This document shows, one piece after another, positions 38,836 to 50,299 of a stretch of 64,000 nt of DNA. The translations under genes were made by a program, and so were the position numbers. Position 1 is the stretch's first letter, and the number at the start of each line of letters is the position of its first letter. Under the pieces are notes generated by a model, which saw nothing but the letters and a program-made list of their open reading frames with translations, had not been told where the DNA came from and ran no database searches. Source of the stretch: Octopus vulgaris (Eukaryota); NCBI GenBank assembly GCA_951406725.2, contig OX597818.1:3410001-3474000 (forward strand), written 5' to 3'.

Positions 38836-39339
38836 CCAACTCGGCCAGCCCCAAGAAAAAAACTAAGCTGTAAGCATTAGATTTCTTGGTAGAAGACAGG
38901 AATGTGAACGCACGAGACGGATGTAAATACAAGAGACGAAAACGAAATTGAAAACAGTAATGAATAAACAAAATATAACGATGGTTGTCTTACGACTTTA
39001 GACCAAATGAGACAAAAACAACAACAACATAGCAGCTGGCGTAGAAATAATTACCGTTTCGGTAGAGGGGACACATATTGGTCGAAATACGATCGCCAAC
39101 AGAATGGTTAAGAAGCAGCAGGTTGCAGGAGAGAGAGAGAAAGAGAGACAGAGAGAGAGGGAATCAAAGAGGGTGGAAGGCAGGGGACAGAATCAGTGAC
39201 CAAGAGAAAAGGAGAAAGAAGGGATTAAGGAGGATGGGAGGAAGAGGGGGGAAGAATCGGAGGGCGCCAAAATAGTTTGGTAAAGAAGCAATGGCGGGTA
39301 GGAAAGACAAAGTGTATAGAAGTCGTGCAGGGTTTCAGG

Positions 39340-39420
39340 AGTGGCTGTGTGGTAAGTAGCTTGCTAACCAGCCACATGGTTCCGGGTTCAATCCCACTGC
39401 GTGGCACCTTGGGCAAGTGT
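39340..39420 (+). mobile_element. SINE head fragment (family 1)
   Basis: TGGCTGTGTGGT A box and GGTTCAATCCC B box; matches 56825-56880 (-). Confidence 0.8.
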
Positions 39421-39698
39421 ATATATATATTCATTAAAAGATATCCATTTTCCTTAAAGTTTCAATAGAAAACGTCGGATCATTTCCGAAGTTCTCTCCC
39501 CACTCTTACCCCGTTGCTTCCCGCGCATTTTTGTTTTCATATTTGTTTCCTACACCCTATTTTACACTCGTTGCATAATTTTTTTAAAATTTCGTTCCCG
39601 GGTAATAATGACAACATTAACCCAAAAATGTTAGGTAAAGAAACAGTGCTTTCTTGGATGTAATCATCCCTTTAAAAGGTTGGTATATCCTCTAATTA

Positions 39699-39702
<4 letters not shown>

Positions 39703-39775
<73 letters not shown>
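39703..39775. repeat. (TA)n(GA)n compound microsatellite
   Basis: Direct reading. Confidence 0.95.
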
Positions 39776-39780
<5 letters not shown>

Positions 39781-39906
39781 ATAGTAAAGAGTGAAAAAAC
39801 TACAGAAGGCTTAAGTGTTAAAAAATATATATATTTGCGTCAATATGTCTGAAGAATATTAAAAAAATTTTTTTTTAAATTTTTCTCTTATAATGACATA
39901 ATTTAA

Positions 39907-39945
39907 AAGAAAGACCGGTTTCGCGTGTAGCTTTTCAAATTTCTT
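39907..39945 (-). ncRNA. Minimal hammerhead ribozyme-like motif downstream of the Penelope ORF, U3-A8 core variant
   Basis: On -: AAGAAA-T-TTGAAAA-GC-TACAC-GC-GAAA-CCGG-TC-TTTCTT. Confidence 0.6.
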
Positions 39946-39990
39946 GCGACGTTATGTTTATGTTGAATAGAGTTATCGTTATGTTTATGT

Positions 39991-40575
39991 TCAGGAGAGT
40001 TCTAAATAAGGGGAGGTAGCGAGTGATTTCTTCCGGTGTAAGGGAGATAATCGCTTAAAAATTTTTCCTTTCCCTTGGTGTGAATTTCTCTGTATCAGTA
40101 TGTTCGGATGGTTGAGTCTGGGCTTGTACTTTTCAATGAAGAATGTTTCCTTGTTTAGTCTAATTTGTGTTGATGATCCGAAAGCACATTGGTAGAATGG
40201 AAGGATTAAAAATTGTGGTAGTAGTTGCTTTGCGCATTTCTCAATGTGCTCACTAAAAGGTATCATTCTATATTCTGGGAATGCAATCTGTTGTCGATGC
40301 AGTGTGCATCTACGTCTGAGTGATAGTCCCGTGGAACCCACGTAGTCTTGGTGGCAGCCCGAGCATTTTATGACATAAATTATGTTTTCAGAGGCACAAG
40401 TAAAGTTAGATTTGATCTTGAATTTCTGTCCCTCTTTAAAGAGGAATTCTGATCCTTCTAGCAGGTTAGGACATGTTGCACAGTTCGATCTACCACATTT
40501 TTTTACTTTTGCATCCGTAATTTCAGAACTCGTCCCTTTAGAAATAACACCCAAATCACCCTGGCCACACTGCAC
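39991..40575 (-). mobile_element. Penelope-like element 3' part: GIY-YIG endonuclease with upstream CxxxxCxxC motif
   Basis: KCGRSNCATC...FTCASENIIYVIKCSGCHQDYVGST...R...H...E.FFIEKYKPRLN. Confidence 0.9.
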
Positions 40576-40624
40576 CGTCTTTGTTGAGTAAAACGTACCC
40601 GTACCGTATTCTTTCGTTATCTTT

Positions 40625-40664
40625 TGTGTGTGTGTATATATATGTGTTAGTATGCATGTGTGTG

Positions 40665-40749
<85 letters not shown>

Positions 40750-40760
40750 CTGTGTGTGTG
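40625..40760. repeat. (TA)n/(TG)n microsatellite
   Basis: Direct reading. Confidence 0.95.
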
Positions 40761-41914
40761 AGGCGATAACAATGCCTTATTTCCGAATCAATGGAACTAC
40801 CTTCTAGTTAAATCTCTAATTTTTACAAGTGCACCTTTACCAATTTTTTTTTTTTTTTTTTGCATATTCGTAATCTTTGATATTTAATTAAAACTAGGAA
40901 TCCGAAGAAATTTCGGTGCACATGGCGGAGACGTAACCCAACCCCTCCCACACTTAATTTTTTTGTTTTTTTACGGAAGCCCAGGTTTTCGGTTATGGAG
41001 ATTCCGATTCTGAAAAAATTTGCAAAAATCGCAATTTCAAAATTTCGATTCCCCCCACCCCACCCCTCTTTTCTTCATTTTTCACTTTTTACAGAATTTT
41101 TTGGGGGCCAAATACGTAGAAAAATAAGATTATGATTCTAGAAAAATAAAAACTGCTTGTAAAATTTCAATTTTTCAAAAAAGAATTCCTGCAACCCCCT
41201 TCCCGATTCTACGGCCTTCAAGCAGGCTACCCGTATTCTAGAAATAACAGCCAAATCTCACACAAACTTCTTGGCACATACATACATACTCTATATCGAA
41301 TGTTTTGCTGTATCAGTTTTGGCTTTTCCCTTGGATAACATTGGTTGCATGGAGAGGGTCGGCAGGTATGACCGGCATTGGTGACTGCCGGTCTTCCATT
41401 AACAAATTTGCCTGGACTTGTACCTTAGAGGGGAACTTTCTAGGTGCAATCTCATGGTCATTCCCTTACTAGATATTAGTAACCACACTGGTCCTCTACA
41501 AAAACCTGCTCCTCCTCATAGATCATTCCCTTGTCCACTGGCATGAAGCTGAACTCACCCCACAAGATTTGTAGTTTCTGCGAGGTACATGGATGTTAGA
41601 TGATGATAATTTATATATTTTTTTGTGAAAATGTTCCTGAATACAACAACACAAAAATAACCACCGCAGAGTTAATGACGATGATAAAAGTGATGATGTT
41701 AACTACTCTTGATGACAACGATTAAGGCAATGTCGAACATGATTATAAGCAATTTAGAATTGTTTCATATATGCATGCGTGTGTAGATAGTAGATTGATT
41801 ACATATTTCTTTCATTATTTTATCACATCTTATAGGTCAAAAATTTTATTAAAAAATATAAATTTTTCTGAAAGTTAAATGGAAACAAAGTTTGTGTGAG
41901 ATTTGGCTGTTCAA

Positions 41915-44900
41915 CCACGAATCGGGGCAAGGCACGACGGTCAGTCAATAAGTGATTACAGAGGCGATAAACACCTCTGCAACCTCCGCCCTCCCTTTCA
42001 AGGACAGCTTCCGCTCAGACCAGGTCTGAGTTAGGAGAGCCACCTCGCTCCAATTCTTCTCTATCTAGAGATCTGGACCTAACCAGATTCCAAGCATTTT
42101 CACCGGCCTTTCCGTCTAACGTCCTACGACGCTGTCGGAAGACATCGACTTGCCCCTCCAGGTGCCGAGTTGCAAGCCGACCGATTTATCCCGGTTGACT
42201 TTCGCTCCTTCCACCGCTTCGTAGTCACTTAAGGCCTCACCCACCCACTGTAGGTGCTCGACCCGGGATACGATGACGGTGATGTCGTCCGCATACGCCG
42301 AAGCTGACTTTCCGCACCCTAGATCTTGCGGAGTGCCCCTCATAGTTTCCAACCTCCTCAGCAACGGTTCGAGGACCAAAACGTAAAGAAGCGGGGAGAG
42401 AGGGCACCCTTCAATGCGGAACGGCTCCGAAAAGAAACCGTTCACCCGAACTACCGATTCGATGTTGCTGTATAAAGCGTTGATCCATCCGCGGAAGGTC
42501 TGGCCAAAGCCAGCCGCCGCGAGGACCGCCGCCAGATACTGATGGTCCACCCTATCGAACCTTTCGATTGGTCCAAGTGTACCATAGCCCCATCCTTGCC
42601 AGGAATCCTATTTACCCTTTCTAAGGCATAGCGTAGAAAGTGGGGATTGTCGTGGACGGTCCTTCTAGAGATGGCGCATGTTTGCGCCTCGCCAACAAGT
42701 TCACCCGCGCCAACCTTTTTGCTAAGACCTTGGCCAAAATCTTCAACTCTGCGTTAAGCAGAGTGATGGGCCGAAAATTATCAATTAAATCCCCCTTGTT
42801 TGGGTCCTTTCTTAACAGCGCTACCACCCTTCGGCTCACAGACTTGGGAATTCTCCCGTTCTGCTGCCAGTTGGTGTACACGCATGCAAGTAGGTGCCCA
42901 AACAAGTCTGGCATGCTACTATAGAGTTCATAAGGCAGACCATCGAGTCCCGGCGATTTGTCCCCGCCGCAGTCTGCCAACACATCCTCGACTTCCTTGG
43001 CTGTGATCGGCGCCTCACAAGATTCCGCATCCGGCCTCGGTAGACGCGGCGAACCGGCTAGGAAGTCTGCGAGCTTCTCCCGCGCTCCAGTCCGCCGCTC
43101 CTCCCGAATAGCTGGGCGAAATGATCGTGAAACACCTTTCACATCTCCACGGGTTCGTTTGGGTCCGTCAAAGATCGAATGGTTGAGTTGTTGCCACGCT
43201 GGCCCTCTACCACCCGGGCCCATCCGGCTGCGTTGATCCCTTCCTGCCTCATTGCACGGATCTTAGCTCTGACAATGAACCCTTCGTGTATAGCATTGAG
43301 ATGTTGGTCGAGTGCCAACCTCGCCGCTAACACTTTCGATGCACTGTCTGACCTCATTGCCTCATGTACTACCTTAACTAGTTCCTTTTCTACTTTGTTT
43401 CTAGCACTAGCTAATTCTTTGCTAAACCTAATTGACTCAAATTTGATGGCTCTTTTCAGGGCGTACCACCATTTGTTGGATCCGGTTAACGCCCTCATTA
43501 CTAATTGTCTAATCCGCTTCCTGTAGGCTTCACTGTCCAATATTGACTTGTTTAGCTTCCAGTAACCGTTGCCTCGTCTACACATACTATCTATGTCGAG
43601 CGTACAGGTCACTAATTTGTGATCGCTGTAGCTGACGATATGGTGTTGTGGACAGCTAAGTATTTTCTTATCTTTCCTTTTAGTTATGATTCTATCTATG
43701 TAAGATCTGGATGACCCGTCGTTTCTTGCCCAGGTCCACGCTGAAACGTCTGGGTGGTCCAGTCTGAATCGATCTGCCAACTCGAAACGACTTAGCAGAT
43801 CATTGAGGTGAGGTATTCTTTCTCGAGCCAACATAATCTACGCGTGCATCGCAAATTATGATGAAGTCACCTAGCAATACTAACGCGTTCGACGTGCCGA
43901 GAAAATTCTCTAGGCTTTTGAAGTAATCTTTCTGCCCGGCATTTCCTTCGCAGGGAGCATAGACAGCGACCAGCCCGAACACTTTACCACTGCTGTGCGT
44001 CACATCCAAAACGACCAACCTGCCTTCCGGATCTATAAAGACAATTCTAATCTCTAATTGCAGGTTTTTTCTGACCAGCACTGCCACTCCTCCGCCCCCT
44101 CCCGGTCGACAGGGAGAAACGTATTTCTCGTAGCTGTTTAGAAGGGGCGAAAAAGCCTGCAGCCCACTCAGTCTGGATTCGGTAATTACAACTACATCCA
44201 AACGATGCGACCCAAGGTCGTTAAGTAGGTAGCCTTGCTTCCAATACGACCCCAGGCCGTGAATATTTAAACAACCGAGTTTAAACGAGAATGTGAAAAA
44301 TAAGTCGAATGTTTAAAACTTACTGTTTTAACGGGAGAGAGGGTGTGGTTTCACCCTCCTCTTTTCTGTCTGTGTGTGTTGTGGTTTGCGAGGTCATTTT
44401 TTTCGCGAATTGCCTGTACAGATGGCTCGAAAAGTTCATCTGTTTTCTCCCGCTGTCGGATGTACTTCAGCAATTGGTGTGCGCGACGTGGCTGCTATTT
44501 CTAGCGGTGTGGTCGTTGTCTTCGGCGTCGTGCTTGCCTCTTCTGCTGCGTTGGCTGTCTTCTTCTTACAGTTCGACCTTATGTGGCCTTTCTCGCCACA
44601 TTTGTAACACCTGGGCTTTCTCCCCTCGACTACCACCATCAGGCTGGTATTTTCCCCAATTGTAAGGGAACTGGGCATTTTTTCTAAGTCTGAGGGGTTT
44701 GCTTGGATGACAAGGTCTAAATCTTGTCCAACCCAGTTCATGTGGTGGTATCTCTTAGTTTGAAGGATTGTAATTTCTCCCTCTTTGCCTATGAGAATAG
44801 CGGCTACCACCCAGGCCACATCTATTTCGGGTGGTATATCAGTGACCGTGACTTTTGAAGTTCTCCTTCCTAAGTAAGTCGGCAGGAGAACTACTTCTTC

Positions 44901-45120
44901 CGACTTTAATGTCATTGTTAAATGTTCCCTGGCTTTTTCTTCGCTAGGGAAACGCACCTCTACAGTACCGAAGCGACTACCCCTCGTTATATAGCATTTT
45001 TCTATCGCTTCCCTCGGCACGAAGTCGATTTTTTTATTTTTCACATGATATGTTTTATATATCACAGTTTTTCTCTCCGTCGCGTAAATTAATTCACTAG
45101 GAGTGAGCAACTTCACATTT
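41915..45120 (-). mobile_element. L1/Tx1-like LINE (ORF1 with CCHC knuckle, APE, RT), truncated at both ends
   Basis: ORF1 CYKCGEKGHIRSNC (44436-45116); APE VYAP, LGDF, SYID, SDH; RT KSPGLDG, FRPITLLN, GCPLSPLLY, AYADD. Confidence 0.93.
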
Positions 45121-45344
45121 TAACCTTCTTTTGAAATTTCCTTAAATCTTCCTTGTTTATAATGATGTTTTCACAGGGGCAAGTTGCTACACTCACAAAA
45201 TTAATTTTTGATTTTTCCTCTTGTTTTTATTTTTCTTCTTTTAAGAATATTGTTTGATATCCATATTCCAAACATATGCAAGTTCAATTCTGTAAAAATT
45301 TGTACGCAAATTCAAATCTTTTGAATCCCTTTTCTGTTTCTATT

Positions 45345-45535
45345 TAAACTAATCCTTATCCTAACTCAAAATTGTAATCCTAAATGCTAAAATGAAATTA
45401 TAAACTTAAATGCTAACCCTCAACGCTTACCTGAAAACTTAACTCAAGATCTTGATCCTATTTTTATCCCTAACTTCTAAACTACAATACCCTAGCATTA
45501 AACCCTAAACCCAAACCCCAATGCTAGCCCTAATT
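45345..45535 (+). repeat. Degenerate (AACCCT)n-like hexamer tract
   Basis: Recurrent CCTAAC/AACCCT/AAACCC units; highly decayed. Confidence 0.4.
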
Positions 45536-45606
45536 TTTGTGTAGAATCATGATCTCCTATGTTTGAAACATACTTCTAAAAAAATGCGGAACATTAAAAT
45601 TGTTAC

Positions 45607-48600
45607 TGTTATGCATTATTTCGTTCTCGATGGGCTGATAGACAACTCAATGAAGGCATTGTTATTATTTACGTGTTTATTTACTTTTTCTTGTTACACG
45701 AACTGTCAACATTCCGCGTAGTAATACATATATACTTTAGACATATACTTTAGCGGGCCATTATCAAATACCATTCTTGGCTCTCTGTGAACAGATCTAC
45801 TCCAATAATTTGCCATGGCCTTCTTGGGATGTCACTAGATATCATTTCCTCCTTTTGTTGTTTCTGTACTTTTGACAGATGTGGCATGTAGAAACTATCT
45901 TTTCTATGTCTTTTTACATGCCTACCCAATATACTGCTGACTTGGCTCGGAGCTTGCATTTCTCCATTCCTAGATGCCCTTGATGGATCTTGTCAAGAAT
46001 CTCCTTTTGCATTGACTTGGGTATAATTATTCGGGATCCAGCCATCAGAATTCCATTCTCCACTGATATATTATCATGGATGGCCCAATATTCACGAATG
46101 AGGGGCTGCACCTGATGTCTCTTTTCTGGCCAGCCCTGAATCACCATCTGAGTAAGGAGCTGGAGTTCTTCATCTTTGCTGGTCTCCTCTTTGACTTCTG
46201 CTAGTTTTGTGGTTGTTACATTTACAATGTGGTGGCCCTTTATGCTTAGTCCTTCCATCTCCTGTTTATCATGTGAGGGTAGTCTGGAAAGAGCATCCGC
46301 CAATATCAGGTCTTTTCCTGGCTTGTACCTGATATCGTAGTCGTATGTTTGAAGCCTCAACAGTAATCTTTGCAGTCTGGCTGGTGCTTTCGTGAGGTTT
46401 TTTCTATGTATTTGTTCTAGCGGGCGATGGTCTGTTTCAATGTTGAAATGTCTGCCATACAGTTCCCTTTCAATATTTGCGTACCTTGTCCCCGTAGGAG
46501 AGAGAGCTTTCGAGGCATATGCAATGTGTTTACCTTCCTGTATCAGTGCTGCGCCAACTCCTCTCATAGAAGCATCGACTTGGAGTATTACTGGTTTGCG
46601 TCTGTCATAGTACTGCAGAGTTGTCTCCTTATTGATGAGCTTTTTGATTACTTTGAAATCCTGTGTGTGTGAAGTACACCAATCAAACTCTACGTCATCT
46701 TTGTTTAGTTCTCGGAGATTTGCAGTGTGATCGGCCAGCTTGGGTATGAAGGCTCCCATGTAGTGGATAAGTCCCAGGAAGCTCCTGAGTTCCTTCTTGT
46801 CTTTGGGTTCTTTGATGTCTCTGATGGCTTCCACTTTAGCGGGGTCTGGTTTAACTCCCTCTACAGAGTATATAATTCCAAAGAATTTGCACTCCTTTGC
46901 TTTTATCACACACTTGTCTGCATTGAGTTTGATACCTGCTTGTCGGGTTATCTCCATAGCTTCGTGTAAATTCAGGTCATGTGTGGTCTCATCCTTGCCA
47001 TGCATTTGGATATCATTTGCTACCCAATTGCTCCCTTGCAGCCTTGGTAGATCTCACCTTCAATCCAAATGGGAGTCGATTGAATCGATATCTGCCAAAT
47101 GGTGTGTTGAAGGTAGTGAGCATGGATGACTCTTTGTCTATCTTTACATTCCAGTACCCATTACTGGCATCCAGTTTGCTGAATAATTTGGATCCAGCCA
47201 ATGATGGTGTGATTTCTTCAAGGGTTGGAATTAGATGGTACTCTCTTTTTAATGCCTTGTTCAGGTCCCTTGGGTTGAAGCATATCCGTAGGGAACTATT
47301 GGATTTTTCTTTGATTACAATTGAATTCACCCAGTCTGTTGGTCGTGTCACTTTGGTGATTATTTCATTTTTTTCCATCCTGTCCAACTCTGCCTTCAGC
47401 TTCTCTTTTAGTTCTAGAGGGACGCAGCGAGATGGCTGAACAATTGGTTTGATATTGGGGTCGACTGTTATATGGTATCGACATTTCACAAAGCACCCGA
47501 CTGTATCGTCAAAGCATTCAGAGTACATGCTTATCAGTTCTTCTTTGTTTGTGATTGGTGGTCGGTCTTTGATAGGAATATCTCTGTCAATCCTGCTCGG
47601 AGCTGCCTTCACTTCACCATTGATTGACACAATATTAAGCTTTTTACATGTATTGTGTCCAAGTATTGCTGGTCCTTCTGTTCTTGTGACATAAAAAGAA
47701 CGCTTGATTATTTTTCTTTTGTGTGTCCCTGAGATTGTTGTTTTGCCCAGTTGTGGAATCCTGGTACCTCCGTACGCATAGAGGATTACATCACTTGGTG
47801 TGAGGATTCCTTCTTTGATTTTATCCTCTTGTGTCATGTATTCTGGGAACATCTTTTTGTAGAGGTTGACAGGCAAGATATCACTCTGGGCTCCAGTGTC
47901 AATCTTTAGCCTTAAGTCAATGTTTATTCGTTTCTTGCCAGACTTCTTTTGTATTCGTATCGTTGTGTATGCCTCATTTTTTTTCTGGTCGTCATTTCCC
48001 ATCTCATGCACATTTATTGTGCTGACTGCCAAGAATTCCTCCTCTGAGGTGTTTTCTTCTTGTTGTTGGGCATGTAATCTCTTTGCTTTCTATTTCTGCT
48101 CCTCTTTGAAAATTGGGGCTTGTATTTCTGGGATTTTGTTAGCCTACACATTTTTTCCCAGTGGTTGGGTTTTCCACATGCTTTGCAGTGTGTGCCGAAT
48201 GCAGTACTGGCATGTTCTTTGTTTACGGGTATGTTTCGTCTTATGTCTAGATACAATATCTACACTGCTGCCTAGTACGCTTGTTTGTAAAGTAAGTGAG
48301 GCCATTTGTTTGGTAGTGGCTTCGAATGCTCTTGCAGTGTCTACTGCTTCTATCAACTGGAGAGCGTCCTTACCTATGACGGATTTCTGGACTTCTTTAT
48401 GAGCACACCCCCATATTAGTTGATCAACAATTCTTTCGTCCTTGTCTTTGAATTTGCCTTTTTCGGCAACATTCTTTAGTCTGGACAGGAAATTGTCAAT
48501 CGTTTCTTGTGGGTCTTGTTTCAGGCCCTGGAATTCGTATCTGTGAATTCTATGGTTTGATCTGGGCTCTATGTGCCTTTCAAATATCTCTAAAGGTGTG

Positions 48601-49193
48601 TCTGGCTTATTGCAATCCGATTCTGACATTTCCCAGCTATTGAATATGTCTAGGTCCTTCTCTCCCGTCCATAAAAGGGTGTAGCTTACCTTTTCATCGG
48701 CGGTTGTACCTTTCAGGAAACTTTTGAAAGCTAGTTGAGTTTTCTGTTTGAATTTCTTAAATGCTTCCACGATATCATCGGAGTCCCAGTTCATGATTGG
48801 ATGTAAATTCATCTGTACGGCGACGGGAGCCGCCATTTTGGATCCTCGTGTGTGTGTGTCCGAAGATGAAGCGATGTTTTGTTTGTTAAATTTCTGGTTT
48901 GTTGTGTTCCTGTTTTGTTGTAAAGGCACAGTTTCCGATTAATTATTTACCGCTGCCACCATGTTATGCATTATTTCGTTCTCGATGGGCTGATAGACAA
49001 CTCAATGAAGGCATTGTTATTGTTTACGTGTTTATTTACTTTTTCTTGTTACACGAACTGTCAACATTCAGCGTAGTAATACATATATACTTTAGACACA
49101 GTTCGTACTGTTTACTAGCAAAATAGTGCCAAAAGTGGGGATGTATTCTACACATGTATACCCACGTATACACATGGATATGAATGTGTAACA
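45607..49193 (-). mobile_element. Ty3/Gypsy provirus 4 (Mag-like); deletion removes most of IN and part of the 3' LTR
   Basis: 5' LTR 48962-49193 (TGTTA...TAACA); partial 3' LTR 45607-45742; TSD GTTAC/GTGAC; PBS TGGTGGCAGCGG (tRNA-Leu type) at 48950-48961. gag 48144-48929; PR KIDTGAQ; RT KLDASNGYW; RH QVDAS; IN HQGHLG...YW. Confidence 0.95.
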
Positions 49194-49216
49194 GTGACCG
49201 TACATAACTTTGAAAT

Positions 49217-50185
49217 TGTAGGGTTATACGACCGTACGTAAGGAGGTTGGCAACAAATGTCTCCTTTTGACGTCGCACGGTCCCCCCTAACAAAATAAGA
49301 GAAACCAGATACATGACATATGAATACAGTGCCAAAAGATATAATGAAGGACAACAAACCGTTCTAATGTTTGAGAGAGAAGAAGACTTTATTTACATTG
49401 TGACACAAAGAAAAAGTGTTTGTGCCTGTGTGTCCGAGTGTGCGACAGATACAAATAAGGTAAATGGGTATAACAGAAATACGGAATACAGAGCATAAGA
49501 TAAGTCTCAGCATATTGAGTTAAAGATAGAGTTTAGTTTACCAGTTCATTAGGTACACGATAGCAAGAGTTCTATAACAATATGTTGTGTCTCAAGGCGA
49601 AGGCCGGTTGGACGAATATGCAGCGGTTAGAGCCTCAACGCCTCTTGATATAGTATTTCTTTAGATGGACTGACTGTTATATTTGGTGAAAGGTTCCCTC
49701 TCACAGCGTGAGTTAAACTTGGTCCTGTTTTTTATGTGTACATGCTGTTGACGGTGGAATAGCGACGATGGTGATGACGGCGGCGGAGATAGAAAACGTT
49801 GTCTTTCGCTGATATATAATAGCGTCTTCATAGCTGGAGCTACAGCAGGGCTGACTGATCGTCTGTCGCTGTAACTAGAACATGGCTGAGCAGCTCTGTG
49901 GTCAGTGACTAGACCATAGAAGGTCTGGAGTCGAAAGACGAAGAATAGTGAAAGCTGGCCTTTTTATAGGGAAAAAATGGCTCAAAGAAGCAGGCCTTAT
50001 CCGAAGGCCGTGATTGACTGGCTTTACACAGTGGCGCGAAATAAGTAGAGAGACAAACTGCGCCACATGCCAACCAATCAGATCAGTGGACACAACAGGA
50101 ACAAACCAGCCAAAGATAGCGGTAATCTCAAACGAGATCATTCTTATTGTGTTTCTCAAACAGTGAGGATATCAGATATGCTACA
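49217..50185 (-). mobile_element. Solo LTR (TGTAG...CTACA family)
   Basis: Exact TSD AAAT (49213-49216 / 50186-50189); TATAAAA on - at ~49962-49968; CCAAT upstream. Confidence 0.9.
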
Positions 50186-50299
50186 AAATTAAGCAGAACA
50201 AAAAAGTGGTAAGCAAATGCAATTTTGAAAAACTTTTTATTTGCAGAGTTGTAATATCTGATATTTAAAACATTGAGAGAAGAAGTACACACACACACA

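Noticed and set aside
45345-45535. Interstitial telomere
   Set aside because: Too degenerate, with no run of exact TTAGGG units; similar tracts occur inside TEs.
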